Shown here in pieces: positions 32,100 to 45,966 of a stretch of 64,000 nucleotides of DNA. The DNA comes from Eledone cirrhosa. Taxonomy: Eukaryota. Position 1 is the stretch's first letter. Every line of letters begins with the position of its first letter. Under the pieces are notes generated by a model. It was not told where the DNA came from and ran no database searches. It saw nothing but the letters and a program-made list of their open reading frames with translations. The stretch is from contig OZ024746.1 of assembly GCA_964016885.1 (NCBI GenBank), positions 52,390,001-52,454,000 on the forward strand. Direction: 5' to 3'. The position numbers were made by a program, and so were the translations under genes.

Positions 32100-35000
32100 G
32101 TAGTGTTGTTATTGTTGTTATTGTAGTTAGTGGTTCCTGAGATGGTCGTGTTGTTGTTGTTATTGTAGTTATTGGTTGCTGTGATGGTAGTGTTGTTGTT
32201 GTTGTTGTTATTGTAGTTAGTGGTTGCTGAGATGGTAGTGTCGTTGTTGTTATTGTAGTTAGTGGTTGCTGTGATGGTAGTGTTGTTGTTGTTATTTTAG
32301 TTAGTGGTTGCTGTGATGGTAGTGTTGTTGTTGTTATTGTAGTTAGTGGTTGCTGTGATGGTAGTGTTGTTGTTGTTATTGTCGTTAGTGGTTGGTGTGA
32401 CGGTAGTGTTGTTGTTGTTATTGTAGTTAGTGGTTGCTGTGATGGTAGTGTTGTTGTTATTGTAGTTAGTGTTTGCTGAGATGATAGTGTTGTTGTTGTT
32501 ATTGTAGTTAGTGGTTGCTGTGATGGTAGTTTTGTTGTTGTTGTTATTGTAGTTAGAGGTTGCTGTGATGGTGGTGCTGTTGTTGTTATTGTAGTTAGTG
32601 GTTGCTGTGATGGTAGTGTTGTTGTTGTTGCTATTGTAGTTAGAGGTTGCTGTGATTGTAGTGTTGTTGTTGTGGTTGTTATTGTAGTTAGTGGTTGCTG
32701 AGATGCTAGTGTTGTTGTTGTTGTTATTGTAGTTAGTAGTTGCTTTGATGGTAGTGTTGTTGGTGTTATTGTAGTTAGTGGTTGCTGAGATGGTAGTGTT
32801 GTTGTTGTTGTTGTTATTATAATTAGTGGTTGCTGTGATGGTAGTGTTGTTGTTGTAGTTATTGTAGTTAGTGGTTACTGAGATGGTAGTGTTGTTGTTG
32901 TTGTTGTTATTGTAGTTAGTGGTTGCTGAGATGGTAGTGTTGTTGTTGTTATTTTAGTTAGTGGTTGCTGTGATGGTAGTGTTGTTGTTGTTGTTGTAGT
33001 TAGTGGTTGCTGTGATGGTAGTGTTGTTGTTGTTATTGTATTTAGTGGTTGCTGAGATGGTAGTGTTGTTGTTGTTATTGTAGTTAGAGATTGCTGAGAT
33101 GGTAGTGTTGTTGTTGTTTTTGTAGCTAGTGGTTGCTGTGATGGTAGTGTTGTTGTTGTTATTGTAGTTAGTGTTTGCTATGATGGTAGTGTTGTTGTTG
33201 TTATTGTAGTTATTGGTTGCTGTGATGGTAGTGATGTTGTTGTTGTTGTTATTGTAGTTAGTAGTTGCTGTGATGGTAGTGTTGTTGTTGTTGTTATTGT
33301 TGTTGTTGTTGTTGTTGTTATTGTAGTCAGTTGTTGCTGAGATGGTAGTGTTGTTGTTGTTGTATTGTAGTTAGTGGTTGCTGAGATGGTAGTGTTGTTG
33401 TTGTTGTTATTGTAGTTAGTGGTTGCTGAGATGGTAGTGTTGTTGTTGTTATTGTAGATAGTGGATGCTGTGATGGTACTGTTGTTGTTGTTGTTGTTGT
33501 TGTTGTTATTGTAGTTAGTGGTTGCAGTGATGGTAGTGTTGTTGTTGTTGTTATTGTAGTTAGTGGTTGCTGTGATGCTAGTGTTGTTGTTGTTATTCTA
33601 GTTAGTGGTTGCTGTGATGGTAGTGTTGTTGTTGTTGTTGTTATTGTAGTTAGTGGTTGCTGTGATGGTAGTGTTGTTGTTGTTGTCATTGTTATTGTAG
33701 TTAGTGGTTGTTGTGATGGTAGTGTTGTTGTTATTGTTATTGTAGTTAGAAGTTGCTGTGATGGTAGTGTTGTTGTTGTTATTGTAGTTAGTGGTTGCTG
33801 TGATGCTAGTGTTGTTGTTGTTATTGTTATTGTAGTTAGTGGTTGTTGCGATGGTAGTGTTGTTGTTATTGTTATTGTAGCTAGTGGTTGTTGTGATGGT
33901 AGTGTTGTTGTTGTTATTGTAGTTAGAGGTTGCTGAGATGGTAGTGTTGTTGTTGTTGTTATTGTAGTTAGAGGTTGTTGTGATGGTAGTGTTGTTGTTG
34001 TTATTGTAGTTAGTGGTTGCTGTGATGCTAGTGTTGTTGTTGTTGTTATTGTAGTTAGTGGTTGTTGTGATGGTAGTGTTGTTGTTGTTATTCTTGTTAG
34101 TGGTTGCTGTGTTGGTAGTGTTGTTGTTGTTATTGTAGTTAGTGGTTGCTGAGATGATAGTGTTGTTATTGTTGTAATTGTAGTTAGTGGTTCCTGAGAT
34201 GGTAGTGTTGTTGTTGTTGTAATTGTAGTTAGTTGTTGCTGAGATGGTAGTGTTGTTGTTGTTGTTATTGTAGTTAGTGGTTGCTGAGATGGTAGTGTTG
34301 TTATTGTTGTTATTGTAGTTAGTGGTTCCTGAGATGGTCGTGTTGTTGTTGTTATTGTAGTTATTGGTTGCTGTGATGGTAGTGTTGTTGTTGTTGTTGT
34401 TATTGTAGTTAGTGGTTGCTGAGATGGTAGTGTCGTTGTTGTTATTGTAGTTAGTGGTTGCTGTGATGGTAGCGTTGTTGTTGTTATTTTAGTTAGTGGT
34501 TGCTGTGATGGTAGTGTTGTTGTTGTTATTGTAGTTAGTGGTTGCTGTGATGGTAGTGTTGTTGTTGTTATTGTCGTTAGTGGTTGGTGTGATGGTAGTG
34601 TTGTTGTTGTTATTGTAGTTAGTGGTTGCTGTGATGGTAGTGTTGTTGTTATTGTAGTTAGTGTTTGCTGAGATGATAGTGTTGTTGTTGTTATTGTAGT
34701 TAGTGGTTGCTGTGATGGTAGTTTTGTTGTTGTTGTTATTGTAGTTAGAGGTTGCTGTGATGGTGGTGCTGTTGTTGTTATTGTAGTTAGTGGTTGCTGT
34801 GATGGTAGTGTTGTTGTTGTTGCTATTGTAGTTAGAGGTTGCTGTGATTGTAGTGTTGTTGTTGTTGTTGTTATTGTAGTTAGTGGTTGCTGAGATGCTA
34901 GTGTTGTTGTTGTTGTTATTGTAGTTAGTAGTTGCTTTGATGGTAGTGTTGTTGGTGTTATTGTAGTTAGTGGTTGCTGAGATGGTAGTGTTGTTGTTGT

Positions 35001-36420
35001 TGTTGTTATTATAATTAGTGGTTGCTGTGATGGTAGTGTTGTTGTTGTAGTTATTGTAGTTAGTGGTTACTGTGATGGTAGTGTTGTTGTTGTTATTTTA
35101 GTTAGTGGTTGCTGTGATGGTAGTGTTGTTGTTGTTGTTGTAGTTAGTGGTTGCTGTGATGGTAGTGTTGTTGTTGTTATTGTATTTAGTGGTTGCTGAG
35201 ATGGTAGTGTTGTTGTTGTTATTGTAGTTAGAGATTGCTGAGATGGTAGTGTTGTTGTTGTTTTTGTAGCTAGTGGTTGCTGTGATGGTAGTGTTGTTGT
35301 TGTTATTGTAGTTAGTGTTTGCTATGATGGTAGTGTTGTTGTTGTTATTGTAGTTATTGGTTACTGTGATGGTAGTGATGTTGTTGTTGTTGTTATTGTA
35401 GTTAGTAGTTGCTGTGATGGTAGTGTTGTTGTTGTTGTTATTGTTGTTGTTGTTGTTGTTGTTATTGTAGTCAGTTGTTGCTGAGATGGTAGTGTTGTTG
35501 TTGTTGTATTGTAGTTAGTGGTTGCTGAGATGGTAGTGTTGTTGTTGTTGTTATTGTAGTTAGTGGTTGCTGAGATGGTAGTGTTGTTGTTGTTATTGTA
35601 GATAGTGGATGCTGTGATGGTACTGTTGTTGTTGTTGTTGTTGTTGTTGTTATTGTAGTTAGTGGTTGCAGTGATGGTAGTGTTGTTGTTGTTGTTATTG
35701 TAGTTAGTGGTTGCTGTGATGCTAGTGTTGTTGTTGTTATTCTAGTTAGTGGTTGCTGTGATGGTAGTGTTGTTGTTGTTGTTGTTATTGTAGTTAGTGG
35801 TTGCTGTGATGGTAGTGTTGTTGTTGTTGTCATTGTTATTGTAGTTAGTGGTTGTTGTGATGGTAGTGTTGTTGTTATTGTTATTGTAGTTAGAAGTTGC
35901 TGTGATGGTAGTGTTGTTGTTGTTATTGTAGTTAGTGGTTGCTGTGATGCTAGTGTTGTTGTTGTTATTGTTATTGTAGTTAGTGGTTGTTGCGATGGTA
36001 GTGTTGTTGTTATTGTTATTGTAGCTAGTGGTTGTTGTGATGGTAGTGTTGTTGTTGTTATTGTAGTTAGAGGTTGCTGAGATGGTAGTGTTGTTGTTGT
36101 TGTTATTGTAGTTAGAGGTTGTTGTGATGGTAGTGTTGTTGTTGTTATTGTAGTTAGTGGTTGCTGTGATGCTATTGTTGTTGTTGTTGTTATTGTAGTT
36201 AGTGGTTGTTGTGATGGTAGTGTTGTTGTTGTTATTCTTGTTAGTGGTTGCTGTGTTGGTAGTGTTGTTGTTGTTATTGTAGTTAGTGGTTGCTGAGATG
36301 ATAGTGTTGTTATTGTTGTAATTGTAGTTAGTGGTTCCTGAGATGGTAGTGTTGTTGTTGTTGTAATTGTAGTTAGTTGTTGCTGAGATGGTAGTGTTGT
36401 TGTTGTTGTTATTGTAGTTA
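32100..36420. repeat. Higher-order duplication, period ~2.14-2.19 kb
   Basis: Identical spurious ORFs at 33327-33689 and 35471-35833 (offset 2144); shared variants gttattataatt, gtagatagtggat, agaagttg. Confidence 0.88.
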
Positions 36421-39400
36421 GTGGTTGCTGAGATGGTAGTGTTGTTGTTGTTGTTGTTATTGTAGTTAGTGGTTGCTCAGATAGTCATGTTGTTGTTGTT
36501 GTTATTGTAGTTAGTGGTTGCTGAGATGGTAGTGTTGTTATTGTTGTTATTGTAGTTAGTGGTTCCTGAGATGGTTGTGTTGTTGTTGTTGTTATTGTAG
36601 TTATTGGTTGCTGTGATGGTAGTGTTGTTGTTGTTATTGTAGTTAGTGGTTGCTGAGATGGTAGTGTTGTTGTTGTTATTGTAGTTAGTGGTTGCTGTGA
36701 TGGTAGTGTTGTTGTTGTTATTGTAGTTAGTGGTTGCTGTGATGGTAGTGTTGTTGTTGTTATTGTAGTTAGTGGTTGGTGTGATGGTAGTGTTGTTGTT
36801 GTTATTGTAGTTAGTGGTTGCTGTGATGGTAGTGTTGTTGTTATTGTAGTTAGTGGTTGCTGAGATGATAGTGTTGTTGTTGTTATTGTAGTTAGTGGTT
36901 GCTGTGATGGTAGTTTTGTTGTTGTTGTTATTGTAGTTAGAGGTTGCTGTGATGGTAGTGTTGTTGTTGTTGCTAATGTAGTTAGAGGTTGCTGTGATGG
37001 TAGTGTTGTTGTTGTTGTTGTTATTGTAGTTAGTAGTTGCTGTGATGGTAATGTTGTTGGTGTTATTGTAGTTAGTGGTTGCTGAGATGGTAGTGTTGTT
37101 GTTGTAGTTATTGTAGTTAGTGGTTACTGTGATGGTAGTGTTGTTGTTGTTATTGTAGTTAGTGGTTGCTGTGATGGTAGTGTTGTTGTAGTTGTTGTAG
37201 TTAGTAGTTGCTGTGATGGTAGTGTTGTTGTTGTTGTTGTAGTTAGTGGTTGCTGTGATGGTAGTGTTGTTGTTGTTGTTATTGTAGTTAGTGGTTGCTG
37301 AGATGGTAGTGTTGTTGTTGTTATTGTAGCTAGTGGTTGCTGTGATGGTAGTGTTGTTGTTGTTGTTATTGTAGTTAGTAGTTGCTGTGATGGTAGTGTT
37401 GTTGTTGTTGTTATTGTTGTTGTTGTTGTTGTTGTTATTGTAGTCAGTTGTTGCTGAGATGGTAGTGTTGTTGTTGTTGTTATTGTAGTTAGTGGTTGCT
37501 GAGATGGTAGTGTTGTTGTTGTTGTTATTGTAGTTAGTGGTTGCTGAGATGGTAGTGTTGTTGTTGTTATTGTAGTTAGTGGTTGCTGAGATGGTAGTGT
37601 TGTTGTTGTTATTGTAGTTAGTGGATGCTGTGATGGTACTGTTGTTGATGTTGTTGTTTTTGTTGTTGTTGTTGTTGTTGGTGTAGTCAGTTGTTGCTGA
37701 GATGGTAGTGTTGTTGTTGTTATTGTAGTTAGTGGTTGCTGAGATGGTAGTGTTGTTGTTGTTATTGTAGTTAGTGGTTGCAGGGATGGTAGTGTTGTTG
37801 TTGTTGTTATTGTAGTTAGTGGTTGCTGTGATGGTAGTGTTGTTGTTGTTATTCTAGTTAGAGGTTGCTGTGATGGTAGTGTTGTTGTTGTTGTTATTGT
37901 AGTTAGTGGTTGCTGTGATGGTAGTGTTGTTGTTGTTGTTATTGTTATTGTAGTTAGTGGTTGCTGAGATGGTAGTGTTGTTGTTGTTATTGTAGTTAGT
38001 GGTTGCAGGGATGGTAGTGTTGTTGTTGTTGTTATTGTAGTTAGTGGTTGCTGTGATGGTAGTGTTGTTGTTGTTATTCTAGTTAGTGGTTGCTGTGATG
38101 GTAGTGTTGTTGTTGTTGTTATTGTAGTTAGTGGTTGCTGTGATGGTAGTGTTGTTGTTGTTGTTATTGTTATTGTAGTTAGTGGTTGCTGAGATGGTAG
38201 TGTTGTTGTTGTTATTGTAGTTAGTGGTTGCAGGGATGCTAGTGTTGTTGTTGTTGTTATTGTAGTTAGTGGTTGCAGTGATGCTAGTGTTGTTGTTATT
38301 GTTATTGTAGTTAGTGGTTGTTGCGATGGTAGTGTTGTTGTTATTGTTATTGTAGCTAGTGGTTGTTGTGATGGTAGTGTTGTTGTTGTTATTGTTATTG
38401 TAGTTAGTGGTTGTTGTGATGGTAGTGTTGTTGTTATTGTTATTGTAGTTAGAGGTTGCTGTGATGGTAGTGTTGTTGTTGTTGTTATTGTAGTTAGTGG
38501 TTGTTGTGATGGTAGTGTTGTTGTTGTTATTCTTGTTAGTGGTTGCTGTGTTGGTAGTGTTGTTGTTGTTATTGTAGTTAGTGGTTGCTGAGATGGTAGT
38601 GTTGTTGTTGTTGTAATTGTAGTTAGTTGTTGCTGAGATGGTAGTGTTGTTGTTGTTGTTATTGTAGTTAGTTGTTGCTGAGATGGTAGTGTTGTTGTTG
38701 TTGTTATTGTAGTTAGTGGTTGCTCAGATAGTCGTGTTGTTGTTGTTGTTATTGTAGTTAGTGGTTGGTGAGATGGTAGTGTTGTTATTGTTGTTATTGT
38801 AGTTAGTGGTTCCTGAGATGGTCGTGTTGTTGTTGTTATTGTAGTTATTGGTTGCTGAGATGGTAGTGTGGTTGTTGTTATTGTAGTTAGTGGTTGCTGA
38901 GATGGTAGTGTCGTTGTTGTTATTGTAGTTAGTGGTTGCTGTGATGGTAGTGTTGTTGTTGTTATTTTAGTTAGTGGTTGCTGTGATGGTAGTGTTGTTG
39001 TTGTTATTGTAGTTAGTGGTTGCTGTGATGGTAGTGTTGTTGTTGTTATTGTAGTTAGTGGTTGGTGTGATGGTAGTGTTGTTGTTGTTATTGTAGTTAG
39101 TGGTTGCTGTGATGGTAGTGTTGTTGTTATTGTAGTTAGTGGTTGCTGAGATGATAGTGTTGTTGTTGTTATTGTAGTTAGTGGTTGCTGTGATGGTAGT
39201 TTTGTTGTTGTTGTTATTGTAGTTAGAGGTTGCTGTGATGGTAGTGCTGTTGTTGTTATTGTAGTTAGTGGTTGCTGTGATGGTAGTGTTGTTGTTGTTG
39301 CTATTGTAGTTAGAGGTTGCTGTGATTGTAGTGTTGTTGTTGTTGTTGTTATTGTAGTTAGTGGTTGCTGAGATGCTAGTGTTGTTGTTGTTGTTATTGT

Positions 39401-40689
39401 AGTTAGTAGTTGCTTTGATGGTAGTGTTGTTGGTGTTATTGTAGTTAGTGGTTGCTGAGATGGTAGTGTTGTTGTTGTTGTTGTTATTATAATTAGTGGT
39501 TGCTGTGATGGTAGTGTTGTTGCTGTAGTTATTGTAGTTAGTGGTTACTGTGATGGTAGTGTTGTTGTTGTTATTTTAGTTAGTGGTTGCTGTGATGGTA
39601 GTGTTGTTGTTGTTGTTGTAGTTAGTGGTTGCTGTGATGGTAGTGTTGTTGTTTTTATTGTAGTTAGTGGTTGCTGAGATGGTAGTGTTGTTGTTGTTAT
39701 TGTTATTGTAGCTAGTGGTTGTTGTGATGGTAGTGTTGTTGTTGTTATTGTAGTTAGAGGTTGCTGAGATGGTGGTGTTGTTGTTGTTGTTATTGTAGTT
39801 AGAGGTTGTTGTGATGGTAGTGTTGTTGTTGTTATTGTAGTTAGTGGTTGCTGTGATGCTAGTGTTGTTGTTGTTGTTATTGTAGTTAGTGGTTGTTGTG
39901 ATGGTAGTGTTGTTGTTGTTATTCTTGTTAGTGGTTGCTGTGTTGGTAGTGTTGTTGTTGTTATTGTAGTTAGTGGTTGCTGAGATGATAGTGTTGTTAT
40001 TGTTGTAATTGTAGTTAGTGGTTCCTGAGATGGTAGTGTTGTTGTTGTTGTAATTGCAGTTAGTTGTTGCTGAGATGGTAGTGTTGTTGTTGTTGTTATT
40101 GTAGTTAGTGGTTGCTGAGATGGTAGTGTTGTTGTTGTTGTTGTTATTGTAGTTAGTGGTTGCTGAGATGGTAGTGTTGTTATTGTTGTTATTGTAGTTA
40201 GTGGTTCCTGAGATGGTTGTGTTGTTGTTGTTGTTATTGTAGTTATTGGTTGCTGTGATGGTAGTGTTGTTGTTGTTGTTATTGTTATTGTAGTTAGTGG
40301 TTGCTGTGATGGTAGTGTTGTTGTTGTTATTGTAGTTAGTGGTTGCTGAGATGGTAGTGTTGTTGTTGTTATTGTAGTTAGTGGTTGCTGTGATGGTAGT
40401 GTTGTTGTTGTTATTTTAGTTAGTGGTTGCTGTGATGGTAGTGTTGTTGTTGTTATTGTAGTTAGTGGTTGCTGTGATGGTAGTGTTGTTGTTGTTATTG
40501 TAGTTAGTGGTTGGTGTGATGGTAGTGTTGTTGTTGTTGTTATTGTAGTTAGTGGTTGCTGAGATGGTAGTGTTGTTGTTGTTGTTGTTATTGTAGTTAG
40601 TGGTTGCTCAGATAGTCATGTTGTTGTTGTTGTTATTGTAGTTAGTGGTTGCTGAGATGGTAGTGTTGTTATTGTTGTTATTGTAGTTA

Positions 40690-42844
40690 GTGGTTCCTGA
40701 GATGGTTGTGTTGTTGTTGTTGTTATTGTAGTTATTGGTTGCTGTGATGGTAGTGTTGTTGTTGTTGTTATTGTTATTGTAGTTAGTGGTTGCTGTGATG
40801 GTAGTGTTGTTGTTGTTATTGTAGTTAGTGGTTGCTGAGATGGTAGTGTTGTTGTTGTTATTGTAGTTAGTGGTTGCTGTGATGGTAGTGTTGTTGTTGT
40901 TATTTTAGTTATTGGTTGCTGTGATGGTAGTGTTGTTGTTGTTATTGTAGTTAGTGGTTGCTGTGATGGTAGTGTTGTTGTTGTTATTGTAGTTAGTGGT
41001 TGGTGTGATGGTAGTGTTGTTGTTGTTATTGTAGTTAGTGGTTGCTGTGATGGTAGTGTTGTTGTTATTGTAGTTAGTGGTTGCTGAGATGATAGTGTTG
41101 TTGTTGTTATTGTAGTTAGTGGTTGCTGTGATGGTAGTTTTGTTGTTGTTGTTATTGTAGTTAGAGGTTGCTGTGATGGTAGTGTTGTTGTTGTTGCTAA
41201 TGTAGTTAGAGGTTGCTGTGATGGTAGTGTTGTTGTTGTTGTTGTTATTGTAGTTAGTAGTTGCTGTGATGGTAATGTTGTTGGTGTTATTGTAGTTAGT
41301 GGTTACTGTGATGGTAGTGTTGTTGTTGTTGTTATTGTAGTTAGTGGTTGCTGTGATGGTAGTGTTGTTGTTGTTATTGTAGTTAGTGGTTGCTGTGATG
41401 GTAGTGTTGTTGTTGTTATTGTAGTTAGTGGTTGCTGTGATGGTAGTGTTGTTGTTGTAGTTATTGTAGTTAGTGGTTACTGTGATGGTAGTGTTGTTGT
41501 TGTTGTTGTTATTGTAGTTAGTGGTTGCTCAGATAGTCATGTTGTTGCTGTTGTTATTGTAGTTAGTGGTTGCTGAGATGGTAGTGTTGTTATTGTTGTT
41601 ATTGTAGTTAGTGGTTCCTGAGATGGTTGTGTTGTTGTTGTTATTGTAGTTAGTGGTTGCTGTGATGCTAGTGTTGTTGTTGTTATCGTAGTTAGTGGTT
41701 GCTGTTATGGTAGTGTTGTTGTTGTTATTGTAGTTCGTGGTTGCTGTGATGCTAGTGTTGTTGTTGTTATCGTAGTTAGTGGTTGCTGTGATGGTAGTGT
41801 TGTTGTTGTTATTGTAGTTCGTGGTTGCTGTGATGCTAGTGTTGTTGTTGTTATTGTAGTTAATGGTTGCTGTGATGGTAGTGTTGTTGTTGTTATTGTA
41901 GTTAGTGGTTGCTGTGATGCTAGTGTTGTTGTTGTTATCGCAGTTAGTGGTTGCTGTGATGCTAGTGTTGTTGTTGTTATTGTAGTTAGGGGTTGCTGTG
42001 ATGGTAGTGTTGTTATTGTTGTCATTGTAGTTAGTGGTTCCTGAGATGGTAGTGTTGTTGTTGTTATTGTAGTTAGTGGTTGCTGTGATGCTAGTGTTGT
42101 TGTTGTTATTATTGTTATTGTAGTTAGTGGTTGTTGTGATGGTAGTGTTGTTGTTATTGTTATTGTAGTTAGAGGTTGCTGCGATGGTAGTGTTGTTGTT
42201 GTTGTTATTGTAGTTAGTGGTTGCTGAGATGGTAGTGTTGTTGTTGTTATTGTAGTTAGTGGTTGCTGTGATGGTAGTGTTGTTGTTGTTATTTTAGTTA
42301 GTGGTTGCTGTGATGGTAGTGTTGTTGTTGTTATTGTAGTTAGTGGTTGCTGTGATGGTAGTGTTGTTGTTGTTATTGTAGTTAGTGGTTGGTGTGATGG
42401 TAGTGTTGTTGTTGTTGTTATTGTAGTTAGTGGTTGCTGAGATGGTAGTGTTGTTGTTGTTGTAGTTAGTGGTTGCTGTTATGGTAGTGTTGTTGTTGTA
42501 ATTGTAGTTAGTCGTTGCTGAGATGGTAGTGTTGTTGTTGTTGTTATTGTAGTTAGTGGTTGCTCAGATGGTCGCGTTGTTGTTGTTGTTATTGTAGTTA
42601 GTGGTTGCTGAGATGGTAGTGTTGTTGTTGTTGTTATTGTAGTTAGAGGATGCTGTGATGGTAGTGTTGTTGTTGTTGTTATTGTAGTTAGTGGTTGCTG
42701 TGATGGTAGTGTTGTTGTTGTTGTAGTTAGTGGTTGCTGTTATGGTAGTGTTGTTGTTGTTATTGTAGTTAGTGGATGCTGTGATGGTAGTGTTGCTGTT
42801 GTTGTAATTGATGTTATTGTAGTCAGTGGTTGAAGAGATGGTAC

Positions 42845-42878
<34 letters not shown>

Positions 42879-45800
42879 ATTGTAGTTAGTGGTTGCTCAG
42901 ATGGTCGCGTTGTTGTTGTTGTTATTGTAGTTAGTGGTTGCTGAGATGGTAGTGTTGTTGTTGTTGTTATTGTAGTTAGAGGATGCTGTGATGGTAGTGT
43001 TGTTGTTGTTGTTATTGTAGTCAGTGGTTGCTTTGATGGTAGTGTTGTTGTTGTTATTGTAGTTAGTGGTTGCTGTGATGGTAGTGTTGTTGTTGTTGTT
43101 ATTGTTATTGTAGTTAGTGGTTGTTGTGATGGTAGTGTTGTTGTTATTGTTATTGTAGTTAGTGGTTGCTGTGATGGTAGTGTTGTTGTTGTTGTTATTG
43201 TAGTTAGTGGTTGTTGTGATGGTAGTGTTGTTGTTGTTATTGTAGTTAGATGTTGCTGAGATGGTAGTGTTGTTGTTGTTGTTATTGTAGTTAGTGGGTT
43301 GCTGTGATGGTAGTGTTGTTGTTGTTATTGTAGTTAGTGGTTGCTGTGATGCTAGTGTTGTTTTTGTTATTGTAGTTAGTGGTTGCTGTGATGCTAGTGT
43401 TGTTGTTGTTATTGTAGTTAGTGGTTGGTGTGATGGTAGTCTTGTTGTTGTTGTTATTGTAGTTAGTGGTTGCTGTGATGCTAGTGTTGTTGTTGTTATT
43501 GTAGTTAGTGGTTGCTGTGATGCTAGTGTTGTTGTTGTTATTATTGTTATTGTAGTTAGTGGTTGTTGTGATGGTAGTGTTGTTGTTATTGTTATTGTAG
43601 TTAGAGGTTGCTGTGATGGTAGTGTTGTTGTTGTTGTTATTGTAGTTAGTGGTTGTTGTGATGGTAGTGTTGTTGTTGTTATTCTTGTTAGTGGTTGCTG
43701 TGTTGGTAGTGTTGTTGTTGTTATTGTAGTTAGTGGTTGCTGAGATGATAGTGTTGTTATTGTTGTAATTGTAGTTAGTGGTTCCTGAGATGGTTGTGTT
43801 GTTGTTGTTGTTATTGTAGTTATTGGTTGCTGTGATGGTAGTGTTGTTGTTGTTGTTATTGTTATTGTAGTTAGTGGTTGCTGTGATGGTAGTGTTGTTG
43901 TTGTTATTGTAGTTAGTGGTTGCTGAGATGGTAGTGTTGTTGTTGTTATTGTAGTTAGTGGTTGCTGTGATGGTAGTGTTGTTGTTGTTATTTTAGTTAT
44001 TGGTTGCTGTGATGGTAGTGTTGTTGTTGTTATTGTAGTTAGTGGTTGCTGTGATGGTAGTGTTGTTGTTGTTATTGTAGTTAGTGGTTGGTGTGATGGT
44101 AGTGTTGTTGTTGTTATTGTAGTTAGTGGTTGCTGTGATGGTAGTGTTGTTGTTATTGTAGTTAGTGGTTGCTGAGATGATAGTGTTGTTGTTGTTATTG
44201 TAGTTAGTGGTTGCTGTGATGGTAGTTTTGTTGTTGTTGTTATTGTAGTTAGAGGTTGCTGTGATGGTAGTGTTGTTGTTGTTGCTAATGTAGTTAGAGG
44301 TTGCTGTGATGGTAGTGTTGTTGTTGTTGTTGTTATTGTAGTTAGTAGTTGCTGTGATGGTAATGTTGTTGGTGTTATTGTAGTTAGTGGTTACTGTGAT
44401 GGTAGTGTTGTTGTTGTTGTTATTGTAGTTAGTGGTTGCTGTGATGGTAGTGTTGTTGTTGTTATTGTAGTTAGTGGTTGCTGTGATGGTAGTGTTGTTG
44501 TTGTTATTGTAGTTAGTGGTTGCTGTGATGGTAGTGTTGTTGTTGTAGTTATTGTAGTTAGTGGTTACTGTGATGGTAGTGTTGTTGTTGTTGTTGTTAT
44601 TGTAGTTAGTGGTTGCTCAGATAGTCATGTTGTTGCTGTTGTTATTGTAGTTAGTGGTTGCTGAGATGGTAGTGTTGTTATTGTTGTTATTGTAGTTAGT
44701 GGTTCCTGAGATGGTTGTGTTGTTGTTGTTATTGTAGTTAGTGGTTGCTGTGATGCTAGTGTTGTTGTTGTTATCGTAGTTAGTGGTTGCTGTTATGGTA
44801 GTGTTGTTGTTGTTATTGTAGTTCGTGGTTGCTGTGATGCTAGTGTTGTTGTTGTTATCGTAGTTAGTGGTTGCTGTGATGGTAGTGTTGTTGTTGTTAT
44901 TGTAGTTCGTGGTTGCTGTGATGCTAGTGTTGTTGTTGTTATTGTAGTTAATGGTTGCTGTGATGGTAGTGTTGTTGTTGTTATTGTAGTTAGTGGTTGC
45001 TGTGATGCTAGTGTTGTTGTTGTTATCGCAGTTAGTGGTTGCTGTGATGCTAGTGTTGTTGTTGTTATTGTAGTTAGGGGTTGCTGTGATGGTAGTGTTG
45101 TTATTGTTGTCATTGTAGTTAGTGGTTCCTGAGATGGTAGTGTTGTTGTTGTTATTGTAGTTAGTGGTTGCTGTGATGCTAGTGTTGTTGTTGTTATTAT
45201 TGTTATTGTAGTTAGTGGTTGTTGTGATGGTAGTGTTGTTGTTATTGTTATTGTAGTTAGAGGTTGCTGCGATGGTAGTGTTGTTGTTGTTGTTATTGTA
45301 GTTAGTGGTTGCTGAGATGGTAGTGTTGTTGTTGTTATTGTAGTTAGTGGTTGCTGTGATGGTAGTGTTGTTGTTGTTATTTTAGTTAGTGGTTGCTGTG
45401 ATGGTAGTGTTGTTGTTGTTATTGTAGTTAGTGGTTGCTGTGATGGTAGTGTTGTTGTTGTTATTGTAGTTAGTGGTTGGTGTGATGGTAGTGTTGTTGT
45501 TGTTGTTATTGTAGTTAGTGGTTGCTGAGATGGTAGTGTTGTTGTTGTTGTAGTTAGTGGTTGCTGTTATGGTAGTGTTGTTGTTGTAATTGTAGTTAGT
45601 CGTTGCTGAGATGGTAGTGTTGTTGTTGTTGTTATTGTAGTTAGTGGTTGCTCAGATGGTCGCGTTGTTGTTGTTGTTATTGTAGTTAGTGGTTGCTGAG
45701 ATGGTAGTGTTGTTGTTGTTGTTATTGTAGTTAGAGGATGCTGTGATGGTAGTGTTGTTGTTGTTGTTATTGTAGTTAGTGGTTGCTGTGATGGTAGTGT

Positions 45801-45932
45801 TGTTGTTGTTGTAGTTAGTGGTTGCTGTTATGGTAGTGTTGTTGTTGTTATTGTAGTTAGTGGATGCTGTGATGGTAGTGTTGCTGTTGTTGTAATTGAT
45901 GTTATTGTAGTCAGTGGTTGAAGAGATGGTAC

Positions 45933-45966
<34 letters not shown>
